A stretch of DNA of 64,000 nucleotides from positions 5,732-69,731 of the IMG/VR virus record IMGVR_UViG_3300031963_000102; one strand, 5' to 3'. This stretch comes from a virus. Shown here one piece after another: positions 1-10,330 of the stretch (positions are counted from its first letter, which is position 1; each line of letters starts with the position of its first letter). The position numbers were made by a program, and so were the translations under genes. A model generated the notes under the pieces. That model had not been told where the DNA came from. It ran no database searches and worked only from the letters and a program-made list of their open reading frames with translations.

Positions 1-1
1 C

Positions 2-2917
2 GGGTCTGTCACGTTTCAGTTTCAGATTTACACGCCAGCACAAGCTAACTCAAACCAGATAGTCCTTCAGAAGCTTCAGGATGTTGGTTCAAGCAACCAA
101 CATGGCTTCGGTTGTTTCTTGTCGTCGAGCACAAGCACGTCGACAGCACAGCTGAGTTTCTTCGTGTGCTCTGGTTCTGCTGCAAGCATGTCAGCGTCGA
201 TAACCTTGAACAAGGGTATGTGGACACCTGTCACTTTCACATGGGACAGGACCAGCGGTGTAAACCAAATCCTAGGTTATGTGAGTGGGTCGCTTGTGGC
301 GTCGAGCAGTCAGGTTGTCATAGGCAATCTCAACTTCGCCACAGCTTCCTTGTATATCGGAACAGGTAGCAACATAACAGCTCCAGTTTTCGTTCCTGTT
401 ACGACTTTCTCTGGTGCGCTCGACGAACTGAGATACTACAAGAGAACACTCACAACTGGTGAGATGGTTACCAACCAGAGCTCATCAATCTATTCGGAAC
501 CAGACCTAGGTCTGTACTTCAAGTTCAATGAACCATCTGGCTCTGCGTCTTCTCTTGTTGTTGATAGTTCCGGACAAGGGATGCACGGCACACTCAACAG
601 CTACGCACTCAACACTCTGCTTGTTAGGAACGTTGCAACCGGTTCGCTGTTTGGCTCTTCGCCCATGGCAAACGAAGACGTTAGGCTGTGTCCAGTTCTC
701 TTCCCAGACCAGCCAGAAGTGCAAGCACTGAAGACAACCCTGTTGTCCGATGCTGAGAGCTATGACAACGACAACCCGAACACCATAATCAAACTTGTTC
801 CAAAGCAGTTCTTCTTGTACGGACAGCTGCTCAACAGCTTTCCAACAGAAGAGGGAAGCTTGAACACGCTAGAGTATGGTACTGAGCCCAACACAGTTAG
901 CTTGGGAAGCACCCAGACCATCTTGAGTCTGCTGTACATGTGGGCTAGCTTCTTCGATGAAATCAAGTTGTACCTTGATGCGTTCTCTACCCTGAGACAC
1001 GTTGACTATGACAGCACGGACACTGTTCCTGATGCCTTTCTGACTCAGTTGGCTGAGCACTACGGTTTCGAGTTGCCACCGCTGTTCATTGGTTCAACCA
1101 TTGACCAGTTCGTCAACGGCAACAACGTCACTCCAACCATTGTGAACTCGGAGTATACCATGCAGTATCTCCAGAACCAAATCTGGAGACGTATTCTTAT
1201 CAACGCCAACGACATCTTGAAGAGCAAGGGTACTGTGTACAGCATCAAGGCTCTTCTCAGGGCTGTTGGAATTGATGGTGACAACATCTTCAGGTTCAAG
1301 GAGTACGGTGGACCTGTTCAGCAGTCACTAACTGCCTTGAGAGAAACAAGGAATGAAGTTGGTGCAGCCTTGAACTTCAGAACCGGTGGATACTTTCAGT
1401 CCAGCTTCTTGTCAAGCAGCAGAGTTGAACCGGGACTGCCACAGCCGGTTGGCTCGTTCGTGTTTTCTGGTGGAAGGGCCATCGGAACAACCAACACCAA
1501 CGATGCTCTTCTAACTTCTGGCTCATGGACTTATGAAGGCATTTACTCATGGCCCGGTACTGAGTCGACCAGTTCCGTGCAGAGCCTTGTACGACTAGTC
1601 ACAACAAGCTCTGCTAACACGGAGAACGTGATAGCTAACCTCTACGCCACTTCAGGTTCCGGTGTCACTCTGTACTTCCAACCCAACTTCGCTGTGGGTG
1701 CCAGCGCTCTTACCATGAGCATCACTGCGCCTCACATCATGGATGGGCAAGCCTGGAACGTTTCCTTCGGCAGAACTCGTGGAGATATGCAAGGAAACGT
1801 TTCCTCTTCGTACTTCTTGAGACTTGGAAGGAACAACCTTGGTACCATTGTTGAGGAGTACACCACTGGGAGTTACTACGACGACAACTGGAACGGGAAC
1901 TACAACATGAACCTGCTGCAGATGACCTCTGCAAGCTACAGTGCTTCTGGTTCCTTTATCTCTATTGGTAGCGGCTCTGTGAACAAGATTCCTGTCAATG
2001 ACAACTTCGTCAACAGTCACCCCTTGCAGACATTTGATGGCAGAGTTGCTCAAGTGAGGTTCTGGTCGAAGGCACTTACGGTTGACGAGTGGAGAGAACA
2101 CGTACGTGACTACAAGTCTCTTGGTGTGTATGACCCAAGAGTGAACTTCAACTTCGACAACTACAGGTCAGGTTCATTCGAGAAGCTCAGAGCTGACTGG
2201 TCAATGGACCAACCAACAGTAACCACAAATGCTTCTGGCCAAATAACCCTGTTCGACTTCTCCCAGCATGTTTTGCATGCAAGTGGTTCACGGTTCCCTG
2301 TGACCTCAAGCGTTGTTGTGCCACAGCGTTTCTACTACTCGTACATCTCACCGAACTACGACGAAGCCGTAACGAGCAACAAGGTGAGAGTTAGATCGTA
2401 CCAGAACCTAGACAACGTTCTGAACGATGACAGCGCTTATTCTGTTGAAGCTCCTGTTTACGAGATAACACAAGAGCAGATTCCACAGGACAACGGCAAG
2501 TTCAGCATTGACTTCAGTGTTGTTGACGCTCTGAATCAAGACATGATGACAATGTTCTCCAGCCTTGATGTGTTGAACGACATCCTTGGTTCGCCATCGA
2601 TGATGTTTGGCGGTGACTATCCAGACCTTGAGAACTTGAGGAACATCTACTTCAACAGACTTACATCAAAGCTCAACCTCAAGGGCTACTTCGACTTCTA
2701 TAACTGGTTCAACTCCAACATAGGCAAGTTCATCGAACAGCTCATTCCCAGGAAGACCAGATACAACGGAATCAACTATTCCATCCAACAACACATGTTG
2801 GAAAGGTCCAAGGTTGAGTATCACTTCGAGGATGCTTACGTTGAAGAAACTGGGCGCTCTAGAGGCAAGGAAATGCTGTTGCTACAGCTGTTCACAGGAC
2901 TGTTGAGGAAATACTGA
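2..2917 (+). CDS. Baseplate wedge/tail protein with LamG-like domains (5'-truncated by window edge)
   Basis: Frame is open from base 2. LamG-like motifs FSGALDELRYY and FDGRVAQVRFWSKAL. P2 gpI-like segment LTQLAEHYGF...IWRRILIN...KSKGTVYSIKALL. Confidence 0.7.
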   Translation, partial: GSVTFQFQIYTPAQANSNQIVLQKLQDVGSSNQHGFGCFLSSSTSTSTAQLSFFVCSGSAASMSASITLNKGMWTPVTFTWDRTSGVNQILGYVSGSLVASSSQVVIGNLNFATASLYIGTGSNITAPVFVPVTTFSGALDELRYYKRTLTTGEMVTNQSSSIYSEPDLGLYFKFNEPSGSASSLVVDSSGQGMHGTLNSYALNTLLVRNVATGSLFGSSPMANEDVRLCPVLFPDQPEVQALKTTLLSDAESYDNDNPNTIIKLVPKQFFLYGQLLNSFPTEEGSLNTLEYGTEPNTVSLGSTQTILSLLYMWASFFDEIKLYLDAFSTLRHVDYDSTDTVPDAFLTQLAEHYGFELPPLFIGSTIDQFVNGNNVTPTIVNSEYTMQYLQNQIWRRILINANDILKSKGTVYSIKALLRAVGIDGDNIFRFKEYGGPVQQSLTALRETRNEVGAALNFRTGGYFQSSFLSSSRVEPGLPQPVGSFVFSGGRAIGTTNTNDALLTSGSWTYEGIYSWPGTESTSSVQSLVRLVTTSSANTENVIANLYATSGSGVTLYFQPNFAVGASALTMSITAPHIMDGQAWNVSFGRTRGDMQGNVSSSYFLRLGRNNLGTIVEEYTTGSYYDDNWNGNYNMNLLQMTSASYSASGSFISIGSGSVNKIPVNDNFVNSHPLQTFDGRVAQVRFWSKALTVDEWREHVRDYKSLGVYDPRVNFNFDNYRSGSFEKLRADWSMDQPTVTTNASGQITLFDFSQHVLHASGSRFPVTSSVVVPQRFYYSYISPNYDEAVTSNKVRVRSYQNLDNVLNDDSAYSVEAPVYEITQEQIPQDNGKFSIDFSVVDALNQDMMTMFSSLDVLNDILGSPSMMFGGDYPDLENLRNIYFNRLTSKLNLKGYFDFYNWFNSNIGKFIEQLIPRKTRYNGINYSIQQHMLERSKVEYHFEDAYVEETGRSRGKEMLLLQLFTGLLRKY

Positions 2918-3930
2918 TGGCTTACTGGGTAACAACAACCGGTTCTTATAGACCGTTCAACGACAACCAGTTCTACTATGGGAAAGTCTATAGGCCCTCA
3001 GTAACAGGTGGTTTGGACACACGAGACATCAACAACTACAGGGAAGGCATAAACCTCCGAACCCTTGATGACATCTTCACTTCCACACAGATGAAGGTTT
3101 CCTTTGCCGATGGAAACGGCGACCTGACCAACAGACCAAACGGCACGCTTACACACGAAATCACATTCAACGTCCCTGGCCAAGCCGTAAGCCTAGTCCA
3201 GTACACCAACAACAACCTGCTCTATGACAACATCATTGGCGTAGAGGGTACATACTTGTCAGGTTCTACTCGACTGCCCAAGACAGTTCAGTACCTAATC
3301 GACAGCGGCAGAATAGCCGACGGTACACTGAGTGGTTCTACCGTGTTTCCTGTCTATCTCAACGGTGGTCCACAGAACGAAGCAGAAGCCATTATAGAGC
3401 TGCTTCCGATTCCATGGAGGCTTCCTACCAACGAGCCTACAAGAGAGCTCTCCCGAGGCGTATACGCAGAGCTAGGGGCAGGTACACCAGGAGATGAAAG
3501 AGTCTACGGACTTCCTCAACTTGAGCAGCGAGTGTCTAGATATGAGCCTCTTGTTGTTAGACCATATCTTGAACAGGGTTCGCACACGCTTGTGGTTACA
3601 AGCAGTGTTGGTTCGGTTATCAAGGTGATAACGAGCAGGCCCAACGCTGTGCCAGGACCACAGTTCCAACAGATAATCAGGCCATGGTTGGATGAAGATG
3701 ACTCGGCATATCTACCGAAGCTTGTTGGTGCTGAAGACTTGTTGATGCTCAGTGCCAGCTTCAGTGGAACAACAGGGCCGTACTGCAACTTCGGCTATCA
3801 GACCATAGGAACAGAGCTCCAGACAAGGGATATGAAGTCTTGTGCGGCAGGATTTAGCTATTATGGTCCAAATGCAAGCATATACGGTACCGATAGCATA
3901 GCCTTCGGAAACAGGATGAGAGGAAGCTGA
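2917..3930 (+). CDS. Putative virion structural protein
   Basis: 337-aa ORF coupled by TGATG to the upstream baseplate gene; S/T/G-rich. Confidence 0.55.
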   Translation: MAYWVTTTGSYRPFNDNQFYYGKVYRPSVTGGLDTRDINNYREGINLRTLDDIFTSTQMKVSFADGNGDLTNRPNGTLTHEITFNVPGQAVSLVQYTNNNLLYDNIIGVEGTYLSGSTRLPKTVQYLIDSGRIADGTLSGSTVFPVYLNGGPQNEAEAIIELLPIPWRLPTNEPTRELSRGVYAELGAGTPGDERVYGLPQLEQRVSRYEPLVVRPYLEQGSHTLVVTSSVGSVIKVITSRPNAVPGPQFQQIIRPWLDEDDSAYLPKLVGAEDLLMLSASFSGTTGPYCNFGYQTIGTELQTRDMKSCAAGFSYYGPNASIYGTDSIAFGNRMRGS

Positions 3931-3933
3931 CAC

Positions 3934-5604
3934 ATGGCAAGAAGACTCAAGGGGACAAGACTCAGGGGACTGCCTCCAGTTGTAGCTCTGGCTGAACGAG
4001 AGAACGCATCGGGTTCCTTTCCAACTGTTCGTAGGACTAGCTCTGACAACAGAACCGGGCAGTACAACATTTTCTTCGATGACAAGAAGACACAGCAGTA
4101 CGGAGTGAAGAGTGACAATGTGTTCTATCCCATTGTCCTAACCACACCATATCTGTCAGACAGCCTGACTCCTGCCGCCAAACTTGACCTTGTGTCAACG
4201 AAGTCTATCACAACTTCGGGAGCGCTAGCAAGAAACGTATCAGACTCTTTTATCTCGTTCAACAGCCCAGGCCAGACTCTTCAACCATGGTTTGACATTG
4301 CCAACCCAGAGATGGAAGCGAAGCTTCTTGTGTCCAGCGCATTCTGGCTCACCGGCAGCACTGTCGAAGTGGCTGGCCAAGGGTTTCAGCAGCCGCTGTG
4401 GAGCAAGACAAAAGTTGAGATTGACATAACTCCAGCCGCCGTGCATTCGATGAGTCTGTGGCAGACAGCAAGCAACGGGTCTTATCCCATGTGCTACTGG
4501 AACCCAACAACGAAGATGTACGAGGGTATAGGGACAGGCAAGGGGATGGAAGCCAGCTATCCCAACAGTCTGACAGGACTCACTTCGTTCTTGCAAGAGC
4601 AGGTTATTGCTATCGGAGGTTCAACCGACAACGGCTTCGCTAGCGGAAATGCAAACGAAGCTGCCTTGTTCGGAAGACAGATATCGAACTTCGGCTTCCC
4701 CTTCCATCCAAAGTTTCAACCAACCGGTTCTCAACAAATCTCCATGGAGAACTATCTCTCTGAGCCGTTCCTTGTTGAGAAGATAGTGGTTGTGATGTCC
4801 GGTGCTCTGGATACCAGTCTGTACGACGTTACAGTGTTGGGCACGACAGCTATATGGTCCTTCTTCATGACCAACACGAGAACCACTGTTCCTGGCAGAA
4901 CAACCAAGCCTATGAGCGGGACGTTCTATAATGGCTCTGCAACCAACTACGTGACAAGTTCAACAACATCGACAACCTACATGGATGTTGTTGACATAGC
5001 ACAAATCAACTGGGCGACCGCTATTCAGGGGTTCGAGCCGTATGTGAACCGTGAGCTCACAGTTTCTCCTACCTTGTCCATCAACAACAGTTACTTCGTG
5101 GGACAGATGACGATATCGTCTTCAGTGAAGAGTGCTGTTGAGTTCACTGGTGCTTACACTGTGATGTCTGGTGTTACCAACGGTGGCACAGAACCAAGAT
5201 ATAGAGAGAACCTGCTGTCTTCAGGGCGCAACCAACTCATCGACAGCAACGGAAGAGACTGGCGCAACACCTTCGAGAAGGCATCGCCAATCGCAGCCGT
5301 TGACATTGATGGTTTCGGTGTGACAACTTCGATTCCTTCATCGTATTCGAAGGTGAATCCGTATATCTTGTTGCCAACGGACAAGATAACTCTGGGCTGG
5401 CACAACCCACATCCCAAGTTGGGAGGAACCCTTGCTGGTGACCCATACTACTCCCTTATCAGGTTCTTTCCAACCGGTGTCAACAAGGTGATTCTGTACG
5501 GTTCTTCTCTACGCTACAACGAAGAGACAGGCCAGCTTGAAGAGTATCACGACACACTGAACCAGCTACTTACTTCAGAAGCCATTCATGAAGTGATAGG
5601 CTAG
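3934..5604 (+). CDS. Putative virion structural protein
   Basis: 556-aa ORF in the structural operon with many [ST]GS motifs. Confidence 0.55.
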   Translation: MARRLKGTRLRGLPPVVALAERENASGSFPTVRRTSSDNRTGQYNIFFDDKKTQQYGVKSDNVFYPIVLTTPYLSDSLTPAAKLDLVSTKSITTSGALARNVSDSFISFNSPGQTLQPWFDIANPEMEAKLLVSSAFWLTGSTVEVAGQGFQQPLWSKTKVEIDITPAAVHSMSLWQTASNGSYPMCYWNPTTKMYEGIGTGKGMEASYPNSLTGLTSFLQEQVIAIGGSTDNGFASGNANEAALFGRQISNFGFPFHPKFQPTGSQQISMENYLSEPFLVEKIVVVMSGALDTSLYDVTVLGTTAIWSFFMTNTRTTVPGRTTKPMSGTFYNGSATNYVTSSTTSTTYMDVVDIAQINWATAIQGFEPYVNRELTVSPTLSINNSYFVGQMTISSSVKSAVEFTGAYTVMSGVTNGGTEPRYRENLLSSGRNQLIDSNGRDWRNTFEKASPIAAVDIDGFGVTTSIPSSYSKVNPYILLPTDKITLGWHNPHPKLGGTLAGDPYYSLIRFFPTGVNKVILYGSSLRYNEETGQLEEYHDTLNQLLTSEAIHEVIG

Positions 5605-5617
5605 AGAACTACAACCC

Positions 5618-6793
5618 ATGCCAGAGTTCGATCTAGAAGACAGGTTCTCGTTCTACAAGGGAACCACCGACAACTTGATTGTTGGCCCAGCAAAACCATC
5701 CATAGGTTCAAACACATGGCAACGTGGTGTTTCTGGCTCTGCTGTCTCGGGTTCTCAGGAGTTCAAGGCAAGTGTTCTAGCCAGCGACTACCTCTTCAAG
5801 ACAACTAGACCATATGCAAGGTCTGGGAACGTGAAGTTCGTTCGTATAGCCAGTGCTACTCAGACCATTCGAGACAGCGTTCCTCCTAGCATCTTCGCAC
5901 TGTACGTGACCGGCAGCATAGCAACTGCGACAGGATCCTTCATTGCGAACACAGGGTTGAACGAAGTCGGTCTTGAATGTCTGAAGCTTCTGTTCGCCAG
6001 TGATGGTCAGCCTGTGACAGCCAGCGGTGGAACTCAGATCAACAACACAGAGTGGACCTATAGCTTTCCATTCGAGAAGAAGTACGAGAACGTTCCGTAC
6101 TTCACAGACATGAACCTGCCAGTAGAGTCGGGCATAAAAGAAAACGTCAGCAACTTCACTCTCATTGGCAACACCCTCACCATGAGGATGGAACAGTTGG
6201 TTATAGGCACAACGGTTTCCGGTGTACTGTCTGGTGGTCACACAACCAGAATCTACTACTTCTACGACAGCAACGGGTACTACAAGGAAACACCAACGTC
6301 ATTCCAGCAGACAGGGTTCACTGGTTCTTTTGCAAATCCACTTGAAGGTGCGAAGCTTGTGTTCGGAATCAACCCTAAGCCGATGAGTTTCAACGACAGC
6401 CTGCAAGCAGTGCCAGACTTGACTAGATCGTACTGTACGGGCTCAACCATCGAAGGCTGGAGATACGGGCTCTTCAACGGCGTTCCAACCAACTTCACAG
6501 CTGTGTTCCGTAGAGACAAGTACGGACAGATACGAGACATGCTTGAGCCCAGGCTGTTCACCAAGACCTTCAACAACCCAGAAGTGGGTGGGCTGTTCGA
6601 CGCAGAGGGTGGAATCAACTTCATATCTGCTAGCGCGCTGTCCGGTGAGTTCAACGAGTTTCTATCTGCTTCTGTATATGGCAGCACGGATGTCACCAAC
6701 GCATACGTTGTGAATCCCTACGGCTCTGGCATATATGACAAGGAATACCGTGCCTCTCAACCCTGGCACGATGACGACAGAAGGTTGAGGTAA
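5618..6793 (+). CDS. Putative virion structural protein
   Basis: 391-aa ORF in the structural operon. Confidence 0.55.
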   Translation: MPEFDLEDRFSFYKGTTDNLIVGPAKPSIGSNTWQRGVSGSAVSGSQEFKASVLASDYLFKTTRPYARSGNVKFVRIASATQTIRDSVPPSIFALYVTGSIATATGSFIANTGLNEVGLECLKLLFASDGQPVTASGGTQINNTEWTYSFPFEKKYENVPYFTDMNLPVESGIKENVSNFTLIGNTLTMRMEQLVIGTTVSGVLSGGHTTRIYYFYDSNGYYKETPTSFQQTGFTGSFANPLEGAKLVFGINPKPMSFNDSLQAVPDLTRSYCTGSTIEGWRYGLFNGVPTNFTAVFRRDKYGQIRDMLEPRLFTKTFNNPEVGGLFDAEGGINFISASALSGEFNEFLSASVYGSTDVTNAYVVNPYGSGIYDKEYRASQPWHDDDRRLR

Positions 6794-6796
6794 CAC

Positions 6797-7858
6797 ATGG
6801 GGATTCTGCAGCAGTCTCGCATAATGGATACCATCCTAACGGATGAGGGCAAGAGACAGATAGCAACGGGCAAGTTCAAGCCTGCTTTCTATTCCTTCAG
6901 TGATGCGGGCGCTGTGTACTCGGCAGCAGACATGTTCGTGTCAGGTACAGTTCCCAGTTCCAGCATCTCAACGCTCTTGTCTTTTGAAGCGGTGTCTCTT
7001 CCTCAAGACCAAGTGGCATATGAAGCAGATGACGCTGGAGCGTTGATGGTTCATGGCAACAACAATTACTTCCAAGTGCCCGGTGGTGACACTGTGAGGG
7101 TTATAGGAGGCAGGCTCGTCAAGGGATGGGAGAACGGAGCAACAGAGGTTCTCTCTTCCTCTGCTGAGTTCTCTACGCTTGCCAACAGCGTACTCTCAGG
7201 CACCACCGACAACTTCAAGAGGCTGCTCATCCTGAAGAGTCCGGACTTGCTATATCCATCAAGGGATGAGTTCAAGCTGGCTGTCACTGGAGGTGTTGAG
7301 TTCAATGTTTCTGATGACACTCTTCTACCAGGAAACCTAACAGATGGTGTTCTTGAAGCTTCAGACAACTTGTTCTCGGACAGAAGGGTTGGACATATTG
7401 ACAACTTCAGCTTCTTGCCGCCAGTGAACAAGGGCAAGCTATCAAGTCCTATAGGCGATTACAACTCGGCAATCAACGGAAACAGACAGATTCAGACTTT
7501 TGAAGACTTGAGAGCTGAGTTCCAGAACGTTGTTGTTCAGTCCGGTAGTGTGCAGCTCAGAAGCTTGGTTCAGAACCACACAGTAAGGTTCAGCGAAACC
7601 ACGTTGACCAACCGTGTGATGTCTCAAATGTTCGAAGTGTCGGCGGGCAAGCTAACGAAGCTTGACGTTGTTGACTTCGGAGTGTTTGTTGTCAGGAAGA
7701 CTGACCCAGCACTGTTCCCCAACGCAGTGCCGCAGCCGTTGAACGTTGACCTTGTGAGCGCCACAACCAAAGTCCATGTGTTCTTCGTTGGCAAAGTGTT
7801 CTTGGATTCGACCAACAACCACAAGTTCATAAACATGTTCACACTTGTTTGGCAGTAG
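6797..7858 (+). CDS. Putative baseplate/tail-collar related protein
   Basis: N-terminus DTILTDEGKRQIATG resembles 15823 (DAIVTDLGRQKLAQG) and the N-termini of tail-collar fibre proteins. Confidence 0.55.
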   Translation: MGILQQSRIMDTILTDEGKRQIATGKFKPAFYSFSDAGAVYSAADMFVSGTVPSSSISTLLSFEAVSLPQDQVAYEADDAGALMVHGNNNYFQVPGGDTVRVIGGRLVKGWENGATEVLSSSAEFSTLANSVLSGTTDNFKRLLILKSPDLLYPSRDEFKLAVTGGVEFNVSDDTLLPGNLTDGVLEASDNLFSDRRVGHIDNFSFLPPVNKGKLSSPIGDYNSAINGNRQIQTFEDLRAEFQNVVVQSGSVQLRSLVQNHTVRFSETTLTNRVMSQMFEVSAGKLTKLDVVDFGVFVVRKTDPALFPNAVPQPLNVDLVSATTKVHVFFVGKVFLDSTNNHKFINMFTLVWQ

Positions 7859-7909
7859 TGTCTATTTCCCCTACATGCTCCAAGTCCATACGTATTCTAA
7901 GAACACCGT

Positions 7910-10330
7910 ATGGAACTCAAGCTGAACAAGTCCCAAGTCATTACCACACAAGATGAGCTCGCAACTCTTGAAGCGGAAAGTGGAGAACACTTCCACTATG
8001 GTTTCAAGTTGTTTGTAAACCGTTCACTTGTTGGGTCGCTGGTTGCAACAGAACTGGTCATCCGTACGTACAAGACAGACCCAAAAGGTGATGTGTCCTT
8101 GTCAGCGTTTGAAGGACTAAAACCATCGAACCAAGCTCTCACGGTGTTGAACCTTGACACCAGGGGTCTCGTTAGGTCCATACAGGCCAGAGCGTCAAGA
8201 ACAATGGCCGCCATAGCTTCTGGCAGAAAAGACGAGCTAGCAGTTCACCGCTTCTCAGTGCCGGGGCTCGTAGAAAAAGCTTCCTCTGGTGTTGGTTATA
8301 CTTCCCTGCAGTCTTCAGCCCAACAAAACGGCACAGCTGTTTATGGTTCACTAAACAGAACTCCGACAGGCAACATGCAGGAGGACAGAACCTCAACCTT
8401 GTTGTCGGATGAGCTGCTGAAGGTATACAACATTGACCCAGCTTCTGTGCTGACAGCAAGATACAGCACAGCTACGCCTGGGGAGGTTTATGGTGGCACC
8501 AGAGCGACAACGCCAACAACAAGTAATCTCCCAGAGCCTGCTGTACAGCTCGTTGAAAAGCTTGTGAGCATGAACGGGCCTCAACAGTCGCAACAAGACT
8601 CAACCGCCAGCAGCGTAACAGCTTACAGTTTGAAGACCGCCGAAGTTGTTCCTGTAACCTTCAGCGTGTCTATTCCGAAGGGTGCTGTGGGTGAAGCTGA
8701 CTTTTATGTGATGCTTACCGTATACGACAACGACAGCAACATCGTTCAAGAACTAGTACGCCAAGTGCAGCACACAAGACTGCTACAAGAGCATCGAGTT
8801 GTGAAGACAGCACCAACCTTGGGAGTTGTAATACTGGGCGAACAAGACAAGCATCTTGTGCAGCTACAGCAACAAGACCCTAATGGTGTTGGTGTCAGGC
8901 TTTACAAAACAGTGTTCAACGAAACAGTCAAACAAGCACCCAGACAGCTGCTTGTTGGAGACTATCTGCTAGCGCCAGGAGAAACCAAAACCGTTCTGCT
9001 GAGCTCTGGTGACATTGGAAAGGTTCTGTACAGGGCGCTGTCCTACGGCAAGAATCAACAACAGGGTGCTGGCTTCAATTCGGTTGTGTTGTGCTGCTAT
9101 CCAAGCACAACCCTAACCTCAACTACGGAACAGAACCCTTTCGCTTACATCGATGCGAAGTACACGGTTGGGGGTTTGAACGTTGTTGTTGGTGATGTTC
9201 CCAATGACACGGCCTTTATCTCCCTGTTCAAGCTAAAGGAAGGTGTGGATGAGGCTGGCGTGCAGCTGGCAACGTTCTTCGTCGGAGGAATGGGAAACAC
9301 AGCGAGATACAACTATCTGGACTCGGACCTTCAGACTTACGGGCAATACTCATACTGGTGCGAGCTCACTGACATCAAGGGCATGCAACGTGTTGGTTCT
9401 GGACTTGTTGAGCTTGTTTACAGGCCCAAGCAACTGGACTATGCAACCGTAACAGTGACAGAGCCAACCATAACCAACACACAGTCACCAAACACAAGCA
9501 AGCAGTTGTTTGATGTAGGTTTCCAGGTGCAGTATTCTATAACAGAAACACTTGAGGACAGCGTAAGGGCATTGTTGGCTAGCCAAGGTTTGACGGAGTT
9601 CTACGGCTCCGACATAACCAGAGAGAGACTTAGACAACTTCTTGTCACCAAGGTGGAGCTTCGAGACAACGATTCAAACGACAAGCTGTTCATGGCTTTT
9701 ACCGGCGATGACTACACGCAGAGCAACACCAAGTTCGGGCTGATAGACAAGCCTGGGTCTTACACGTTTGAGCTTACAACATATGTAAGGAACCCTGCAA
9801 CCCTTCTAGAGAGTGTTGTCCTGACTGGTTCGTCAACAACAAGACAGAACGGTAGTCTGTCGCCTCCGACTTACACTTACCAACCATACATAACAAACAA
9901 CCCGTATGGACTTCAGAATGGGGTTCTGCCAAAATCAGATGGCGATGAGTTTGTGACACAACTGGGGCTGAATCAACTCGAACTCGGCAGCGTTACAAGC
10001 ATAGACTATGTGGACGTGCAACTCACGCCACCACAGCCAACAATAATCAACCCAAGAACAGCACTGGTAAATTCCAAGACTGTAAAGCTTACGTGGTCTG
10101 TAAACGGAAACCAGGACGGCATCAGCCACTTCGTCGTGCGCAGACGCAACCACACAACCAACACAGTTGACATCCTGGGTGCTGCTCATGGTATAAACCA
10201 ACAGAACAACTACGTGTTCTATGACCAAATCAGGCCAACGGAAACAGGTGTGTTCTCGTACGTCTTGACGCTTGTAGGGTTCGATTGGCTCGACAAGTCA
10301 GAAACAACAACTCCCGAGGTAACAGTATAA
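7910..10330 (+). CDS. Putative virion protein with Ig/FN3-like domains
   Basis: VKLTWSV...SHFVVRR...YVFYD...GVFSYVL pattern typical of FN3 beta-sandwiches. Confidence 0.55.
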   Translation: MELKLNKSQVITTQDELATLEAESGEHFHYGFKLFVNRSLVGSLVATELVIRTYKTDPKGDVSLSAFEGLKPSNQALTVLNLDTRGLVRSIQARASRTMAAIASGRKDELAVHRFSVPGLVEKASSGVGYTSLQSSAQQNGTAVYGSLNRTPTGNMQEDRTSTLLSDELLKVYNIDPASVLTARYSTATPGEVYGGTRATTPTTSNLPEPAVQLVEKLVSMNGPQQSQQDSTASSVTAYSLKTAEVVPVTFSVSIPKGAVGEADFYVMLTVYDNDSNIVQELVRQVQHTRLLQEHRVVKTAPTLGVVILGEQDKHLVQLQQQDPNGVGVRLYKTVFNETVKQAPRQLLVGDYLLAPGETKTVLLSSGDIGKVLYRALSYGKNQQQGAGFNSVVLCCYPSTTLTSTTEQNPFAYIDAKYTVGGLNVVVGDVPNDTAFISLFKLKEGVDEAGVQLATFFVGGMGNTARYNYLDSDLQTYGQYSYWCELTDIKGMQRVGSGLVELVYRPKQLDYATVTVTEPTITNTQSPNTSKQLFDVGFQVQYSITETLEDSVRALLASQGLTEFYGSDITRERLRQLLVTKVELRDNDSNDKLFMAFTGDDYTQSNTKFGLIDKPGSYTFELTTYVRNPATLLESVVLTGSSTTRQNGSLSPPTYTYQPYITNNPYGLQNGVLPKSDGDEFVTQLGLNQLELGSVTSIDYVDVQLTPPQPTIINPRTALVNSKTVKLTWSVNGNQDGISHFVVRRRNHTTNTVDILGAAHGINQQNNYVFYDQIRPTETGVFSYVLTLVGFDWLDKSETTTPEVTV